Origin: Octopus sinensis
Lineage: Eukaryota
Assembly (NCBI RefSeq): GCF_006345805.1
Contig: NC_043005.1
Coordinates: forward strand, 107,942,001 to 108,006,000
Direction of reading: 5' to 3'
Length of the DNA stretch: 64,000 nucleotides
A model generated the notes under the pieces. The model was not told the DNA's origin. It did not search any database and was given only the letters and a program-made list of their open reading frames with translations. The position numbers and the translations under genes are program-made. Shown here piece by piece: positions 37,856 through 51,161 of this stretch (its first letter is position 1; each line of letters starts with the position of its first letter).

Positions 37856-38632
37856 AATCATCATCATCATCATCGTTTAACATCCGTTTTCCGCGCTAGC
37901 ACGGGTTGGACGGTTTCGACCGGGGTCTGGGGAGCCAGGGGATGCCCCAGGCCCCAGTCTGGTCTGGCAGTGTTTCTACAGCTGGATGCCCTTCCTAACG
38001 CCAACCACTCCGCGAGTGTAGTGGGTGCTTTTTACGTGCCACCTGCACAGGTGCCAGACGGGTCTGGCATCAGCCACGGTCGGTTGGTGCTTTTTATGTG
38101 CCACCTGCACAGAAGCCAGTCGGGGCGGTGCTGGCATCGGCCACGTTTGGATGGTGCTTTTTATGTGGGGGGGGTGCAGAAATATAGGGGAGCACCAGTG
38201 GGGAAGGGTGTTCGGAGTGTTCATGTACTTGACTCAACAGGTCTCCTCAAGCACAGCGGGACGATCTGGGATCCGGGGTACTTTGAATGGGCAGGGGCTA
38301 TGCGGAACTGATGCAGGAAGCAGCCCGGGTCTTTGCAGTCACAGCATATCTCCAGAGATCTCGGTCCTTCGCCATTGCCTCGGTGAGGCCCAACGCTCTG
38401 AGGTCAAGCTTGACTGCCTCATCCCATGTCTTCCTGGGTCTACCTCTCCCCCTGATACCTTCAACTGTTTGGGAGTGGCACTTCTTCACACATCTCTCCT
38501 CATCCATCCACAGCACATGACCATACCATCGCAGGCGTCACTCTTGCACACCACATCTGATGCTTCTTATATCCAGCATTTCTCTCAGGATGCTTACACT
38601 CGTCGTGCGTGCACACTGACATTACACATCCA
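37856..38632 (-). mobile_element. RTE-clade LINE 3' fragment (ORF2 C-terminus, 3' UTR and (GAT)n tail)
   Basis: ORF 38298-38516 contains VEGIRGRGRPRKTWDEAVKLDL...DRDLWRYAV, the RTE/BovB-type C-terminal motif. Confidence 0.9.
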
Positions 38633-38714
38633 GCGGATATATGTATATATTTATATATATATATATTTATATATATATATATATATATATACATACATAC
38701 ATATATATATATAT

Positions 38715-38748
<34 letters not shown>

Positions 38749-39661
38749 AGAGAGAGAGAGGAGGAGAGAGAGAGAGAGGAGGGAGAGAGAGGAGAGAGAG
38801 AGGGAAAATGTATGAATGTATGTATTTGTGTGTCCGTGTTTGTCCCCCCACCATCGCTTGACAACTGATGTTAGTGTGCTTATGTCCCCAAAATTTAGCA
38901 GTTAAGAAAACAAGACCAAGAGAATAAGTACTAGGCTGGCAAAGAACAAGTCCTGGGGACGATTTGTTTGACTAAAGGCAGTTCTTCAGACTAAAGACCA
39001 TGCAGTCAAAATGACTGAAACAAGTAAAACGATAACAGAATAAAGGTTTTTATATATATATATAATATAAATAATATATATGCATATATTGATACATATA
39101 TGTACATACTTGCATTTACATGTAGATGCATATGCCTATATGGGTACAGGATGTCATAGAACATAAACAATATGAAATACAAAAACGATAGGAAATACGA
39201 AATATGAAAACATGGAATACGAACAATTTTTACAAACAATGAAAGAAACAAATGGAAAACAAGACCAGCAAGATAAAGAACGACCCTTCATAAGTTGTCA
39301 GCTGTTTTTCTACTCCATATTTCAAGTAATTCACAACAGGATACGTCTTCGACAAAACAGCTGCTACCACCAAGCAAATTAAATAAAATTTGAGATTTTG
39401 CAGAGGGTCAAAGTTGGTGACAAAAACAGGACAGTGAAACAAACAGAAAGGGCTGCTAAGACTTAACGAGTAGAGGTGGTGAATACTGGAGGAACAAGCT
39501 TTGACAAGAGACAGGCAAGAATGCATCTGATCTCTGCCACTGATTGGAAGGAAAGAGAGAAGCTCATATTAGGAAAAAAAAGTTGGCCCGTGGTTACATG
39601 CGAGCAACAAGAGAGCAAAGGAGAAAGAGTGAGGGAGAGAGAGAGGGAAACAGACATGTAC

Positions 39662-39706
<45 letters not shown>

Positions 39707-39724
39707 ATATTATAGATATATATA

Positions 39725-40120
39725 TAGGAGTGGCTGTGTGGTAAGACACTGGCTTCCCAACCACAGGTTCGGGTTCAGTTTCACTGCCTGGCACATTGGG
39801 CAAGTGTTTTCTACTAAAGTCTCAGGCTGACCGAAGCCTTGTGAGTGGATTTGGTAGACAGAAACTGAAAGAAGCCCATTGTGTGTGTGTGAGTGTGTAT
39901 GCTTCGGTGTCTGTGTTTGTCCCCCCCCCCCGTGATCGCTTGACAACTGATGCTGGTGTGTTTACTTCCCCGTAACTTAGCAGTCCAAAAATAGAGACTG
40001 ATAAAATGAGTACTAGGCTTACAAAGAATAAGTCCTGGGGCTGATTTCTTCGATTAAATGTGATGCTGCAGCATGGCCACTTTCAAATGACTGAGACATA
40101 TAAAAGAATAAATGAATAAA
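39725..40120 (+). mobile_element. SINE family A
   Basis: Full-length diverged copy; a further 3' fragment lies at ~38820-39035. Confidence 0.85.
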
Positions 40121-40837
40121 AGAATATTTGTATACACACAGATATATATGCATATATATATATATATATATATATTCACACACACATATATATATGTATA
40201 CCCATGCTAGCATGGAAAGCGGACGTTAAACGATGATGATGATGATATATATAAATGTACGCACATACACACACATACATACACATATATATATGTATAT
40301 ATACTGTCTCTTATACACAGAGGTATTATTAATCTCGCTGCAATGATTTTCAAGTGATACATAAGCAAAATACACAGATTCCTAGTCTCAATATCATTGA
40401 ATGCAGTTAACATGTTAAATACGATTTCAGTTTGGGAAAATCTTATTTGCTTGGTTCCAAACCAATCATAGCACCAAATTCTATAAAGAATTTTACATTT
40501 ATCCATATTGTTTGCCAATAGATTCCACAATAAAACTACTGACTGATAAGTAATTTATATATTGAATTTCTATTGATACAAAATATATACATAAAGAGAC
40601 AGCAAGAGAGAAATTTCATTTCAAGTAAAGCATTAGAGATTATTATGTTTTATAAATTTTATTTTTATCTCACAAGGGACTTCCTTCAACAAGTACCAGA
40701 ATTTCAGTTTTCTCAACAATGTTTACATTCTTTGGCGAAATATATCAGGAAAAGATACATGCACATGTATTTGTACAAATGTATGTTTGTGTGAATATGT
40801 ACATGCATGTGTGTGTGTGCGTGTGTGTGTGTGTGCG

Positions 40838-40893
<56 letters not shown>

Positions 40894-40897
40894 CAGT

Positions 40898-40941
<44 letters not shown>

Positions 40942-40945
40942 CAGT

Positions 40946-40997
<52 letters not shown>

Positions 40998-41008
40998 CAG
41001 TTAGATAG

Positions 41009-41039
<31 letters not shown>

Positions 41040-41126
41040 GATAAATAGATAGATAGATAGATAGATATAGATAGATAGACAGATAGATAGATAGATATAG
41101 ATAGATAGACAGATAGATAGATAGAC

Positions 41127-41187
<61 letters not shown>

Positions 41188-41214
41188 GATAAATAGATAG
41201 ATAGATAGATAGAT

Positions 41215-41259
<45 letters not shown>

Positions 41260-41380
41260 CAGATAGATAAATAGATAGATAGACAGACAAATAGACAGAG
41301 AGATAGATAGATAGATTGACAAACAAACAGATAGATAGATGGCTAAATATATGGTTACATAGATAGATAGATAGATAGAT
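40838..41380. repeat. ~540-bp (GATA)n satellite with GACA/GTTA/AATA variants
   Basis: Directly visible. Confidence 0.95.
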
Positions 41381-41692
41381 TTCATTATTCGAATGTCTAG
41401 TTTTCCATGCTTGCATGGGTGAGACATGACTGTTTGGAAGCAGATCTTCTATAACCAGATTATCTTCCTGTTGTCAATCCTTGCTTGCTTCTTCTCTGGA
41501 ACATTTGGTCAACGGAGAAATTATACAATACTCTTGCCATCTGCTTAGAGAGGGGCTAACAATGACATATTGAATCAACTTTTTTGCCCACTTGCTTACA
41601 CACAACACACTCAGATATATATGTAAGCATGTACATGTACATACACACACACACACACACACATACATACATACATATAAATATGTGTTTGT

Positions 41693-42243
41693 GAAAGCAT
41701 GTGGCTAAGTGGTTAGTGTATTCAGCTCATGATTGTAAGGTCATGAGTTCAATTCCTGGCAATGTGTTGTGTCCTTAAGCAAGACACTTTATTTCACATT
41801 GCTCCAGTCCACTCAGCTGGCTTGAATAAATTGTACCTGTATTTCAAAGGGCATGGCATGTAAAAAGCACCAACCGATTGTGGCTGCTGCCAGCCTCCCT
41901 TGTCACCTGTGCCGGTGGCACGTAAAAAGCACCCACTACACTCACGGAGTGGTTGGCGTTAGGAAGGGCATCCAGTTGTAGACACACTGCAAGATCAGAC
42001 TGGAGCCTGGTGCAACCTCCTGGCTTCCCAGACCTTGGTCGAACCGTCCAACCCATTCTAGGGTGGAAAACAGACGTTAAATGATAATGATGATGATGTG
42101 TCACGCTGAATATCCCTGAGAACTAAGTTAAGGATACATATGTCTGTGGAATGGTCAGCTACAGACACGTTAATTTTATGAGCAGGCTATTCCATTGATC
42201 AGATCAACTGGAACCCTCATCATCGTAACCGATGGAGTGCCAG
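41693..42243 (+). mobile_element. tRNA-derived SINE interrupted by an RTE 3' tail (~41855-42098)
   Basis: SINE head at 41693; RTE tail ending GATGATGATG; SINE body resumes at TGTCACGCTGAATATCC. Confidence 0.75.
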
Positions 42244-43250
42244 TTATATGTGTGTATACGTATGCATATATATATGTGTATATATATATATATGTGTGTA
42301 TATGAGGGTGTTGGGATGGGGGTGACATTTGCATTAAACAAAGTCACAAGAAATGAACAATGTTGTTACTTCTCCTACTCACAAATCCTCAGGTTGCTCT
42401 GTATGTATGAAAAATGTGTGAGATAAAAGATCTTTTACTTGCAGACAGGCAGCAGGCATGGGTTGACAGCAGGAAAGGCATCCAGCTATTAAGGAATATC
42501 TCAACAATATATTCTTGTAACCCATGCTAGGAAGGAAAAAAACAAATCTAAAATGAATGAATTAATGAAGAATAACCTGTGGCTAGAGGTCATAATTCGG
42601 AGACTATGAAGGATTCTCTCTTGGTTTACTTGTGATGATGTGGATCCAAAAGTTTTGATATGTTTTATGACTAGCCAAACACATATGAGTCATGTACAGG
42701 AATGAACTTTTTGCACTATGAGATTATAGCAACATTCATTAAGTGACCACTGCAATGGCTTGCACTTGCTTGGACTCCCAGAGAAGGAAGAGAATTAGAA
42801 GATACAGGTTTCCAAGCTGCCAGAAAAGTTTGCAAAAGAGAAACTTAGGAGGACAATGACAAATCTCAATAAAAGAGCAGAATTCAGAGTGCCTGTGAAT
42901 GTAGACTTCAGAGAAATCTTTTCAAATGTATGGCCGGAGTTGTATGTCATGTGAGTGTAAGGTTATGGGACAATAAACCTATTACTGAAAATGGGGCAGG
43001 AAATTTATTCCACCAATGGAATAAATGTCAACCCATTGATGGGTACTCAGTATCTTAATGCCTCAGGATATTTTGTCAGGAGTTTTACCAACTCTAGCAT
43101 GCACTGATCTAATGTTGCAACTTTTATTTTATTTTCTCTGACCTTCTAGATTTTTTTATCTTTTTAATTATTCCTTTCTCATTTTAAAAGAAGATAAAAC
43201 CTTAGATGACCTCATAATTAGAAGCTCCCTTCTATTTTCCATGCATAATC

Positions 43251-43470
43251 TATTTCTTTACTACCCACAAGGGGCTAAACACAGAGGGGACAAACAAGGA
43301 CAGGCAAACGGATTAAGTCGATTACATCGACCCCAGTGCATAACTGGTACTTAATTTATCGACCCCGAAAGGATGAAAAGCAAAGTCGACCTTGGTGGAA
43401 TTTGAATTCAGAATGTAATGCCAGATGAAATACGGCTACGCATTTCGCCCTGCATGCTAACGGTTCTGCC
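43251..43470 (-). mobile_element. SINE family B
   Basis: Reverse complement of the consensus. Confidence 0.85.
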
Positions 43471-44204
43471 GAAACACTCCCATAATCTACGCTGTATTTT
43501 CTTCATTCTCCAACAGCATACTCAAAGCCAAAACTTCAACTCCACCATCCTCATATACTACTTCAAATATACACACTAATCTTGCACTTGTGTGTAAAAC
43601 CAGATGTTACTTCAGGGATCATTTTTGTGAGCAATTTCAGGATGTTTAAAATAACACACAAGCAATCTCCAAACCTGGAGATTGTAATTTGGTAGGTCAT
43701 ATCTTTAATCACTTCTCACAGTTTAACATTCACTTATAAGTACAATTAGAAAAACTTCATCTTTACTGAAGACTTTTCTCTCTCACAGGTATTAATGAAA
43801 GCCTCACATTCTCCTGGTTCACCTCAACACTCGTCTCTAATTTTCTCCATCTTCACTGATTCAACAATAGATAGTAGTTCTCTTTTGTCTTCCTAACTAA
43901 TTACATACATATATATTTATTTCTTCTTTCCTTGTTTAGCTCCAGGTTAACCTTGATTGAGGCTAATCTTAAATGTTCAATAACATTCCAGCCATGGAAG
44001 CCCCATATTTTGTATATCAGGGATTACATTATAGAATATGTTTTTATAGTTTTACCATGTCACAGTGCAACATGAAGCGCATTTTGCTGATGGTTCTAGC
44101 ATATCAAATAACCTTTTGAAGCCCTCTTATTTGCATCTATAGAATTATGCATGCCTATGTATATGTATGCAAATATATATGTAAAGGCTTGTGCATATCT
44201 GTGA

Positions 44205-44290
<86 letters not shown>

Positions 44291-45429
44291 TGTGTGTGTG
44301 TGTATATAACAAGGATAAACACTCATAGGAATTCTAACAGTCACTTCAACTGTAATTAGGTACTATGTATCTGGCCTCAGTAAAAAATATATATCATCTA
44401 TCCTCACAGAGATATCTTTGATAGAGCAGCACATCATTATAATGAGTCATTAGAGAAAAGTGGTGAACTATCAAGAATTTAGGGTACATGGAGGATCTCC
44501 CACTCAAACAGAATTAAGAAAAGATATATAAGCTGGTCCAATCTCCAAAGTCACCTAAATGTCTCTGAATGTAGCTAGTATCTTTCTATTTCTAATTAAA
44601 CAACACTTCCTAAGCATATATATATATATATATATAAGAATGAATGTTTTTATATATAATGAACGTGAAATACAGGAAGGGACGAACCCGGAACACAGAC
44701 AAATCATTCGAAGCCTTCAATCTTCAGTCAGACACCGAATCATCATAGCAAATTTCGGCTGTTCAATTCTGATATTTGCTCCAACTCGGCCAGCCCCAAG
44801 AAAAAAAAAAACTAAGCTGTAAGCATTAGATTTCTTGGTAGAAGACAGGAATGTGAACGCACAAGACGGATGTAAATACAAGAGACGAAAACGAAATTGA
44901 AAACAGTAATGAATAAACAAAATATATATAACGGTGGTTGTCATACGACTTTAGACCAAATGAGACAAAATATATATATATATATACACCATAAATATTT
45001 TAATGCACATAATGTAAAGGTGAATTACATTTGCCAAGAGAATAATACCCTCAGAGTCACATGCTATAAAAAAAAACATATACAACCTTCCCTTCTTCCA
45101 AGTACCTACTTACAACTTCTGAAATTAATCTACCTACCAACTGAGAGGATTTTGCAACAATCAGGAGTAGTCAACAACTCTCAATCCTACTTTGTGACTG
45201 ACAACCAGTGAGAATGAACTTACCTCCTCATCCAATGTGAACCAGTCTTATTTCACAGGTGTGAAAGTATTTTCATCATAATTAGCTATCTAAACAATTC
45301 ATAGTATTTTTCTCATTCCTGTGAAACTATAAGTAATCAAATTCTGAGTCAAACTCAATGTAAATAAATATAAATTCTACAAAGCATGTTGGCTGCTCTT
45401 TTGTTGATCACCTATTTTCAGTCTGCCTG

Positions 45430-45519
45430 TCTCTCTTTAAAAGAGGGAAAAAGAAAACTATTGAGGAAAATAAAATGCAAATTTAAGAGAATGAGTAAGA
45501 AAATGGAATTGAGAGAGCA

Positions 45520-45550
<31 letters not shown>

Positions 45551-46520
45551 ATAGAAAATAAAAATTGAGAAAGGAATAAGTGAAAGAGAAAGAGAAAGAA
45601 AGAGAGGCTTCTGATAAAAATGTGATAACAAGAAAAAAGAGGGGTGCAACTGAAAAGACATGTGAGAGAGAAATAGAAAAAGAGAACAGAGATAAAAAGA
45701 GAGAGTGTGTAAGAATGAAAATTTGAGAAAGACTGGCAAAATAAGGAGAGAAAAATAAAGTTAATGAGGGAGTAATTGTGAAAGAGAAATGCGAATTAGA
45801 TAGGAAGACAGAGAAAATTGAAAATAAAAAATATATGAATGAAGGAGAAAAGAGAGGATGATGAGAAAATATAAGAAAGAAAATACAGAAATGGTAAGAG
45901 AATGTGAAGGAGGATCTTAAGAAGAGCAAGATGGAGAGAATGAAAGGAGGGTGATGGGAGATCTAAGAAACATAAGAGTATATAGGAAGAGAGAGAGAGA
46001 GAGAGGAAGGAGATAGAGTGTAGAAAGGAGGCAATGGAAAGGTATAAATGAGAGAAAAAGAGATTGAGATGGAAAGGTTGTAGAGAAAGAGCATATGAGA
46101 AAGAGTGTAAGAAAGAAATTGAAAGAGAAAGAGGGTTGAGATTATATGAAAGAGAGTATGAGTAAAACAGAGAAAAAGAGAGATTGAAGGAGAGCAGGGA
46201 AGGAGAAAGAGATGCTATAAAAGTGTGTGAAAGAGAGGGAGAGTGAGAGAGAAAGAGAGGGAGTGAGGAGAGAGTGTATAAAAGGCTAAATAAAATGATA
46301 TAAAGGAGAGAGGGAAGAGAAAGAGGTAGAAACATTCTGAATGAATGATAGTCTATGAAAAGGTATGAGAGAGAAAGAGAGCAAGGGATAGAGAGAGAGT
46401 GCAAACGTGAGAGAGATTATATAAAATAGTTAATGTAAAGGTGTATGAAAGGAAGTGAGGGAGAGAGAAAAGGAGAGAGAAAATGAAATAGTGATAGAAA
46501 GATTGAGAGAAATAAATGAG
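45430..46520. repeat. ~1.1-kb polypurine (GA-rich) low-complexity tract
   Basis: Strong purine strand asymmetry. Confidence 0.85.
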
Positions 46521-46620
46521 GGATGCATATATGTAGTATTTGGTTAAAATTAAGTGAGTCTCACAGGCAAAAATATGTGTCCAAAGTAGACCAGTTTAGA
46601 AATTTGAGACTTCATTGTAT

Positions 46621-46965
46621 GATTCGTTCGTTTCCCTGTAGATGATAAATATCGATATACAAATACAGCAATGTTATATTTGTATACTACATACAGAACG
46701 GCACATAAGTATGTACGTATGGCTGGCTAGCTAGCTTTATCTCCCTGGAGAATTTCGAAAATAATCACTTCTGTATCCTCTAGCGTGTGCAATTGTATTG
46801 ATAAACGGCTGAGAACAATATCGCGAGTTGATTGCTTAGCAAAGCGTATGATATTGTCTTAAATTTTCACTCACTAATGAAATCTGTGCAATCTTAGTGT
46901 GAAATAGAAAAATTTTCAATTTGTTTGGGCCGTTCATTGTAATGATGGGCCGAGGTTGGCGTAGA
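46621..46965. promoter_or_regulatory. CpG-retaining unique segment, candidate regulatory element
   Basis: 14 CpG in ~345 bp versus 2 CpG in the ~590-bp unique segment at 42541-43130; flanked by GA tracts. Confidence 0.3.
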
Positions 46966-47904
46966 CACAATCACTCAACAGAATTATATTTGTGCTGTGT
47001 AAAAATTTTGCCTGAATCTTCAATCTTGTTGTTTTAGGTCAGATAAATAGTAGATAGATACAGAGAGAGAGAGAGAGAGAGATAGGGGGAGGGGAGGGGA
47101 AGTGGAGAGAGGATGAAATAGAGAGAAGAGAAAGGGAGAGAGGAGGAATAGAGAGACTAGAGAAAGAGAGGTTACATATGTATGTGGAGAGATATAGAGA
47201 GAGAAGAGGCGGAGGGGCCAAAAAGACTGAGTGGGAGTTGTAAAGGTAATTTGTAATAACTCCTTTCCACTAATGTTACTGATATAAGGTAGATTTGTCT
47301 TCAGATGTAACCTTAGTAATCATCATCATCATAATCATTGTTGTCGTCATCATCATCATCATCCTCATCATCGCCATTGTCATCGTCATCATCATTGTAC
47401 TCATCATCATCGCCATTGTCCTCCTCCTCCTCATCATCATCATCATTGTCTCACCATTCTCATCACCATTGTTGCCATAACCACCATCAGCATCATCATT
47501 GAATCTATCATTATTCGACGCTGTTGTCCTTATTATGACCATTATTATTATCATCCATCCCAGTAGTCATCCAGTATCTTCATCATCATCGTCCCCTCCT
47601 CCTCATCATCATCATCATCATCATCGTCATCGTCATCATCATCATCAGTAGCAGCAGCAGCAGCAGCATTATTGCTAAAATCATTATCATTGCTATTTAA
47701 AGCCAGAAGAATCCATAGAACATTGAACAAAATGCCTCGTGGTTTTCAGTTATGTTCTAGGTTCACATTCTGCCAAGGCTCAGTTTGACTTTCACCCTTC
47801 TCAGGACATCAAAATGAAACACAAATCAAACTCAAAATTTAATTTAATCAACTGATTCCTTCCCCCAATTTTGCCATCTTTTTCCCTACCTCAGAAACAT
47901 TTGC

Positions 47905-48828
47905 TATTATTATTATCCTAACTTCTCCTGAGTTATCTCTCTCATGTCTCAGCCCAATTCCCTGGCTTAGAGACACAACACTTTTCTCAACACAGGAGCT
48001 GTTCCAAGTCTCACTGCCAACTCAGTACTTCCTATGAAGTTTGGTATTTGCAGCTTTTTATGCCAGAATGTTGCTATCTTTGAAACAGCCCCAGGTGCAC
48101 CAATCACAATAGGCATCATACTTACTTTTGAGGCTTTATGGATGCATTTCAGTTCCAATGCTAGGTCTTGGTACTTACCAGCTTTCTCATCCTCTCTCTG
48201 TACATTACATTGAAAGAGAAAGACAGTTGAGATTATATGAAAGAGAGTTTGAGAAAAACAGAGAAAAAGAGAGATTGAAAGAGGGCAGGGAAGGAGAAAG
48301 AGATGCTATAAAAGTGTGTGAAAGAGAGGGAGAGTGAGAGAGAAAGAGAGGGAGTGAGGAGAGAGTGTATAAAAGACTAAATAAAATGATATAAAGGAGA
48401 GAGGAGAGAGAAAGAAGTAAAAACAGTCTGAATGAATGATAGTATATGAAAAGGTATAAGAGAGAAAGAGAGCAAGAGATAGAGAGAGAGTGCAAACGTG
48501 AGAGAGATTATATAAAATAGTTAATGCAAAGGTGTATGAAAGGAAGTGAGGGTGAGAGAGAAGGAGGTATAGCTACATCAATAAAGGCCCATTCTTTGGA
48601 GTTTTTATGTAGAAGAATGATATCTGGTTGGTTACATTGCAGCTTCTTATCTGAGTAGATAGGAATATCCTATGTGAGTTTCTCCTGGTCATCCTCTACT
48701 TCGAAATTTCATGCTCATACCCCTTGTTGGAACATTCTGTCTCATACTTTATGTACAACTTCCAGTGTATTCACACTGCCACTTTGTCATGGTGCTTTTT
48801 GCACTCCTTTTGAGCCTTTGCTGATCGA
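47905..48828 (-). mobile_element. R4/Dong-like LINE 3' fragment split by a GA-rich insertion (48209-48566)
   Basis: HHDKVAVSIHWKL, NQPDIILLHKNSKEWAFIDVAIP | EDEKAGKYQDLALELK...PIVIGAPG...LGTAPVLRKVLCL*, then a (TAA)n tail. Confidence 0.8.
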
Positions 48829-48935
48829 CTGCCCCCATGGGCCATGTTTCACAACCATAGAGGAGGATTGTACAAATGACGGCCCAGTAGATTCGCCCTT
48901 TGGTCAACCGAGAGATCTCCTCGGTGTGTATTAGA
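48815..48935 (-). mobile_element. RTE RT C-terminal fragment
   Basis: Translates to AVICTILLYGCETW. Confidence 0.65.
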
Positions 48936-48957
48936 TGAATGGCGATTGATGGATATT

Positions 48958-49350
48958 AATGGAATGGAAGCACTCCGTCGGTTACGACGACGAGGGTTCC
49001 GGTTGATCCGAATCAACGGAACAGCCTGCTCGTGAAATTTACGTGTAAGTGGCTGGGCACTCCACAGACACATGTACCCTTAACGTAGTTCTCGGGGATA
49101 TTCAGCGTGACACAGAGAGTGACAAGGCCGGCCCTTTGAAATACAAGGTACAACAGAAACAGGAAGTAAGAGTGAGAGAAAGTTGTGGCGAAAGAGTACA
49201 GCAGGGATCACCACCATCCCCTGTCGGAGCCTCATGGAGTTTTAGGTGTTTTCGCTCAATAAACACTCACAACGCCCGGTCTGGGAATCGAAACCGCGAT
49301 CCCACGACTGCGAGTCCGCTGCCCTAACCACTGGGCCATTGCGCCTCCAC
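48958..49350 (-). mobile_element. tRNA-derived SINE family C, well-preserved copy
   Basis: A-box TGGCCCAGTGG, B-box GGTTTCGATTCC; CpG-rich, so likely young. Confidence 0.9.
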
Positions 49351-50018
49351 GATGAATATTAATACATATATAAAGATTGTACAAAAACTGGTTTAACAGA
49401 CATCAAACAAGACAGAAACACACAAGTAAAACTTTTCAAACTCTTCACTGTGCAGATACTCGTGACCTGACAATTATCTCCTCAGAAAACTGTTCAGCAA
49501 TTCTTATATAACTTACACTATTAGATATCGTTCACATTACTTCCTTTCCTTGCTTACTACCAAACCATCTCCAAAGATTATGTATTATTCATAACATAGT
49601 GTTCAGCATCCCATATGCTTAACCTCCACATCCAGGACAAAACATTGGTCATCTGTTTCCATAAAGATTGGACACACTACCTGATCACTCCAAGACAACA
49701 CATCCTCTCACCCAACTCCAGTCCAGCCAATCAAACCATATTGTAGATGATCACTCAGAAAGTTACCTAAATTGAGTGACCTGAGGTTGACCTTCTTGAC
49801 CTTCTTGTTGACACTCTTCTAATAACATTTCAACCTTGTTTCGGACACATTGAAGTTTTTATAGGCAGTGAAAAAGAAGAGATTTTAGAATGTTAGATGC
49901 CAGACATCACAAAATTGGTTCTGAATTTGATCAAAGATCTTATCAGAAAAGGCATGTTTTGTGCTAAAATAACAGCAGCATAGTTTTGACCAGAGATGTA
50001 GGCCTGAGATTAAAACAA

Positions 50019-50430
50019 CAGGAGTGGCTGTGTGGTAAGTAGCTTGCTTTCCCAACCACATGGTTCCGGGTTCAGTCCCACTGCGTGCCACCTTGGGCAA
50101 GTGTCTTCTACTATAGCCTCGGGCTGACCAAAGCCTTGTGAGTGGATTTGGTAGACGGAAACTGAAAGAAGCCTGTCGTATATATGTATATGTATATATG
50201 TATGTGTGTATATGTTTGTGTATCTGTGCTTGTGCCCCCAACATCGCTTGACAACCGATGCTGGTGTGTTTACATCCCCATAACTTAGCATTTCAGCAAA
50301 AGAGATCCACAGAATAAGTATTAGGCTTACAAAGAATAAGTCCCGGGGTCAATTTGCTTGACTAAAGGCAGTGCTCCAGCATGGCCACAGTCAAATGACT
50401 GAAACAAGTAGAAGAGTAGAAGAGAAGAGT
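50019..50430 (+). mobile_element. SINE family A
   Basis: Full-length copy. Confidence 0.9.
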
Positions 50431-50539
50431 TTATAATATATCAACATTTGCTAATTTCTATAAAGCAACATGTCAGTAATTTCTTTATTTTCATTTCTTT
50501 GTTGCAAGTCAGCAAATTTAACTGTCTTGGCTTGACCAG

Positions 50540-50646
50540 AAGAGGATTTCAGCCATAAATTGAATCATGCATTTGACTACAAAAGCTGGTTCTTAGATGA
50601 TGATAAAAGAATACATGAAGCAGGGGTGACTCTGTGTTTTGCACAG
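50540..50646 (+). CDS. Candidate exon (EDFSHKLNHAFDYKSWFLDDDKRIHEAGVTLCFAQ)
   Basis: Acceptor cttgaccAG, donor CAG|GTAGTG (alternative donor after 50702), frame open; no homology recognised. Confidence 0.17.
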
Positions 50647-50921
50647 GTAGTGATAGAATTAGCCATAAAAACACTAAGCAAAGTTTTCCACCCAAGCAAC
50701 AGGTACCTTATATTTTTGAGACGTATAATACATATTTGGTAAAATAAAATTCACTGTATATATGTGTGCTTGCTTACACATTTATTCCACACCATCAATT
50801 TCTCTTGCCAATTTTAGCTAATTTTTCTGAGATTTCAAAGAAAATATTAGCACTTTGCTTTCTAGAATCTTCAACATATATATATACTTTTATATATATA
50901 TAATATATATATATATTATAT

Positions 50922-50954
<33 letters not shown>

Positions 50955-50959
50955 GTATG

Positions 50960-51076
<117 letters not shown>

Positions 51077-51129
51077 GTATGTATGTATGTATGTATATAT
51101 CAATACATACATACATACATACATACATG

Positions 51130-51161
<32 letters not shown>

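Noticed and set aside
44690-44740. Hammerhead candidate (minus CTGAAGA...CGAAT)
   Set aside because: GAAA core and helices I and III cannot be formed.
45221-45315. Minus-strand exon with strong splice sites whose three stops could be 'C->T-mutated' sense codons (also 57255-57390 plus), hinting at recoding or an alternative code
   Set aside because: Every stop codon starts with T, so C->T reversion explains any stop trivially; best treated as pseudo-exons.
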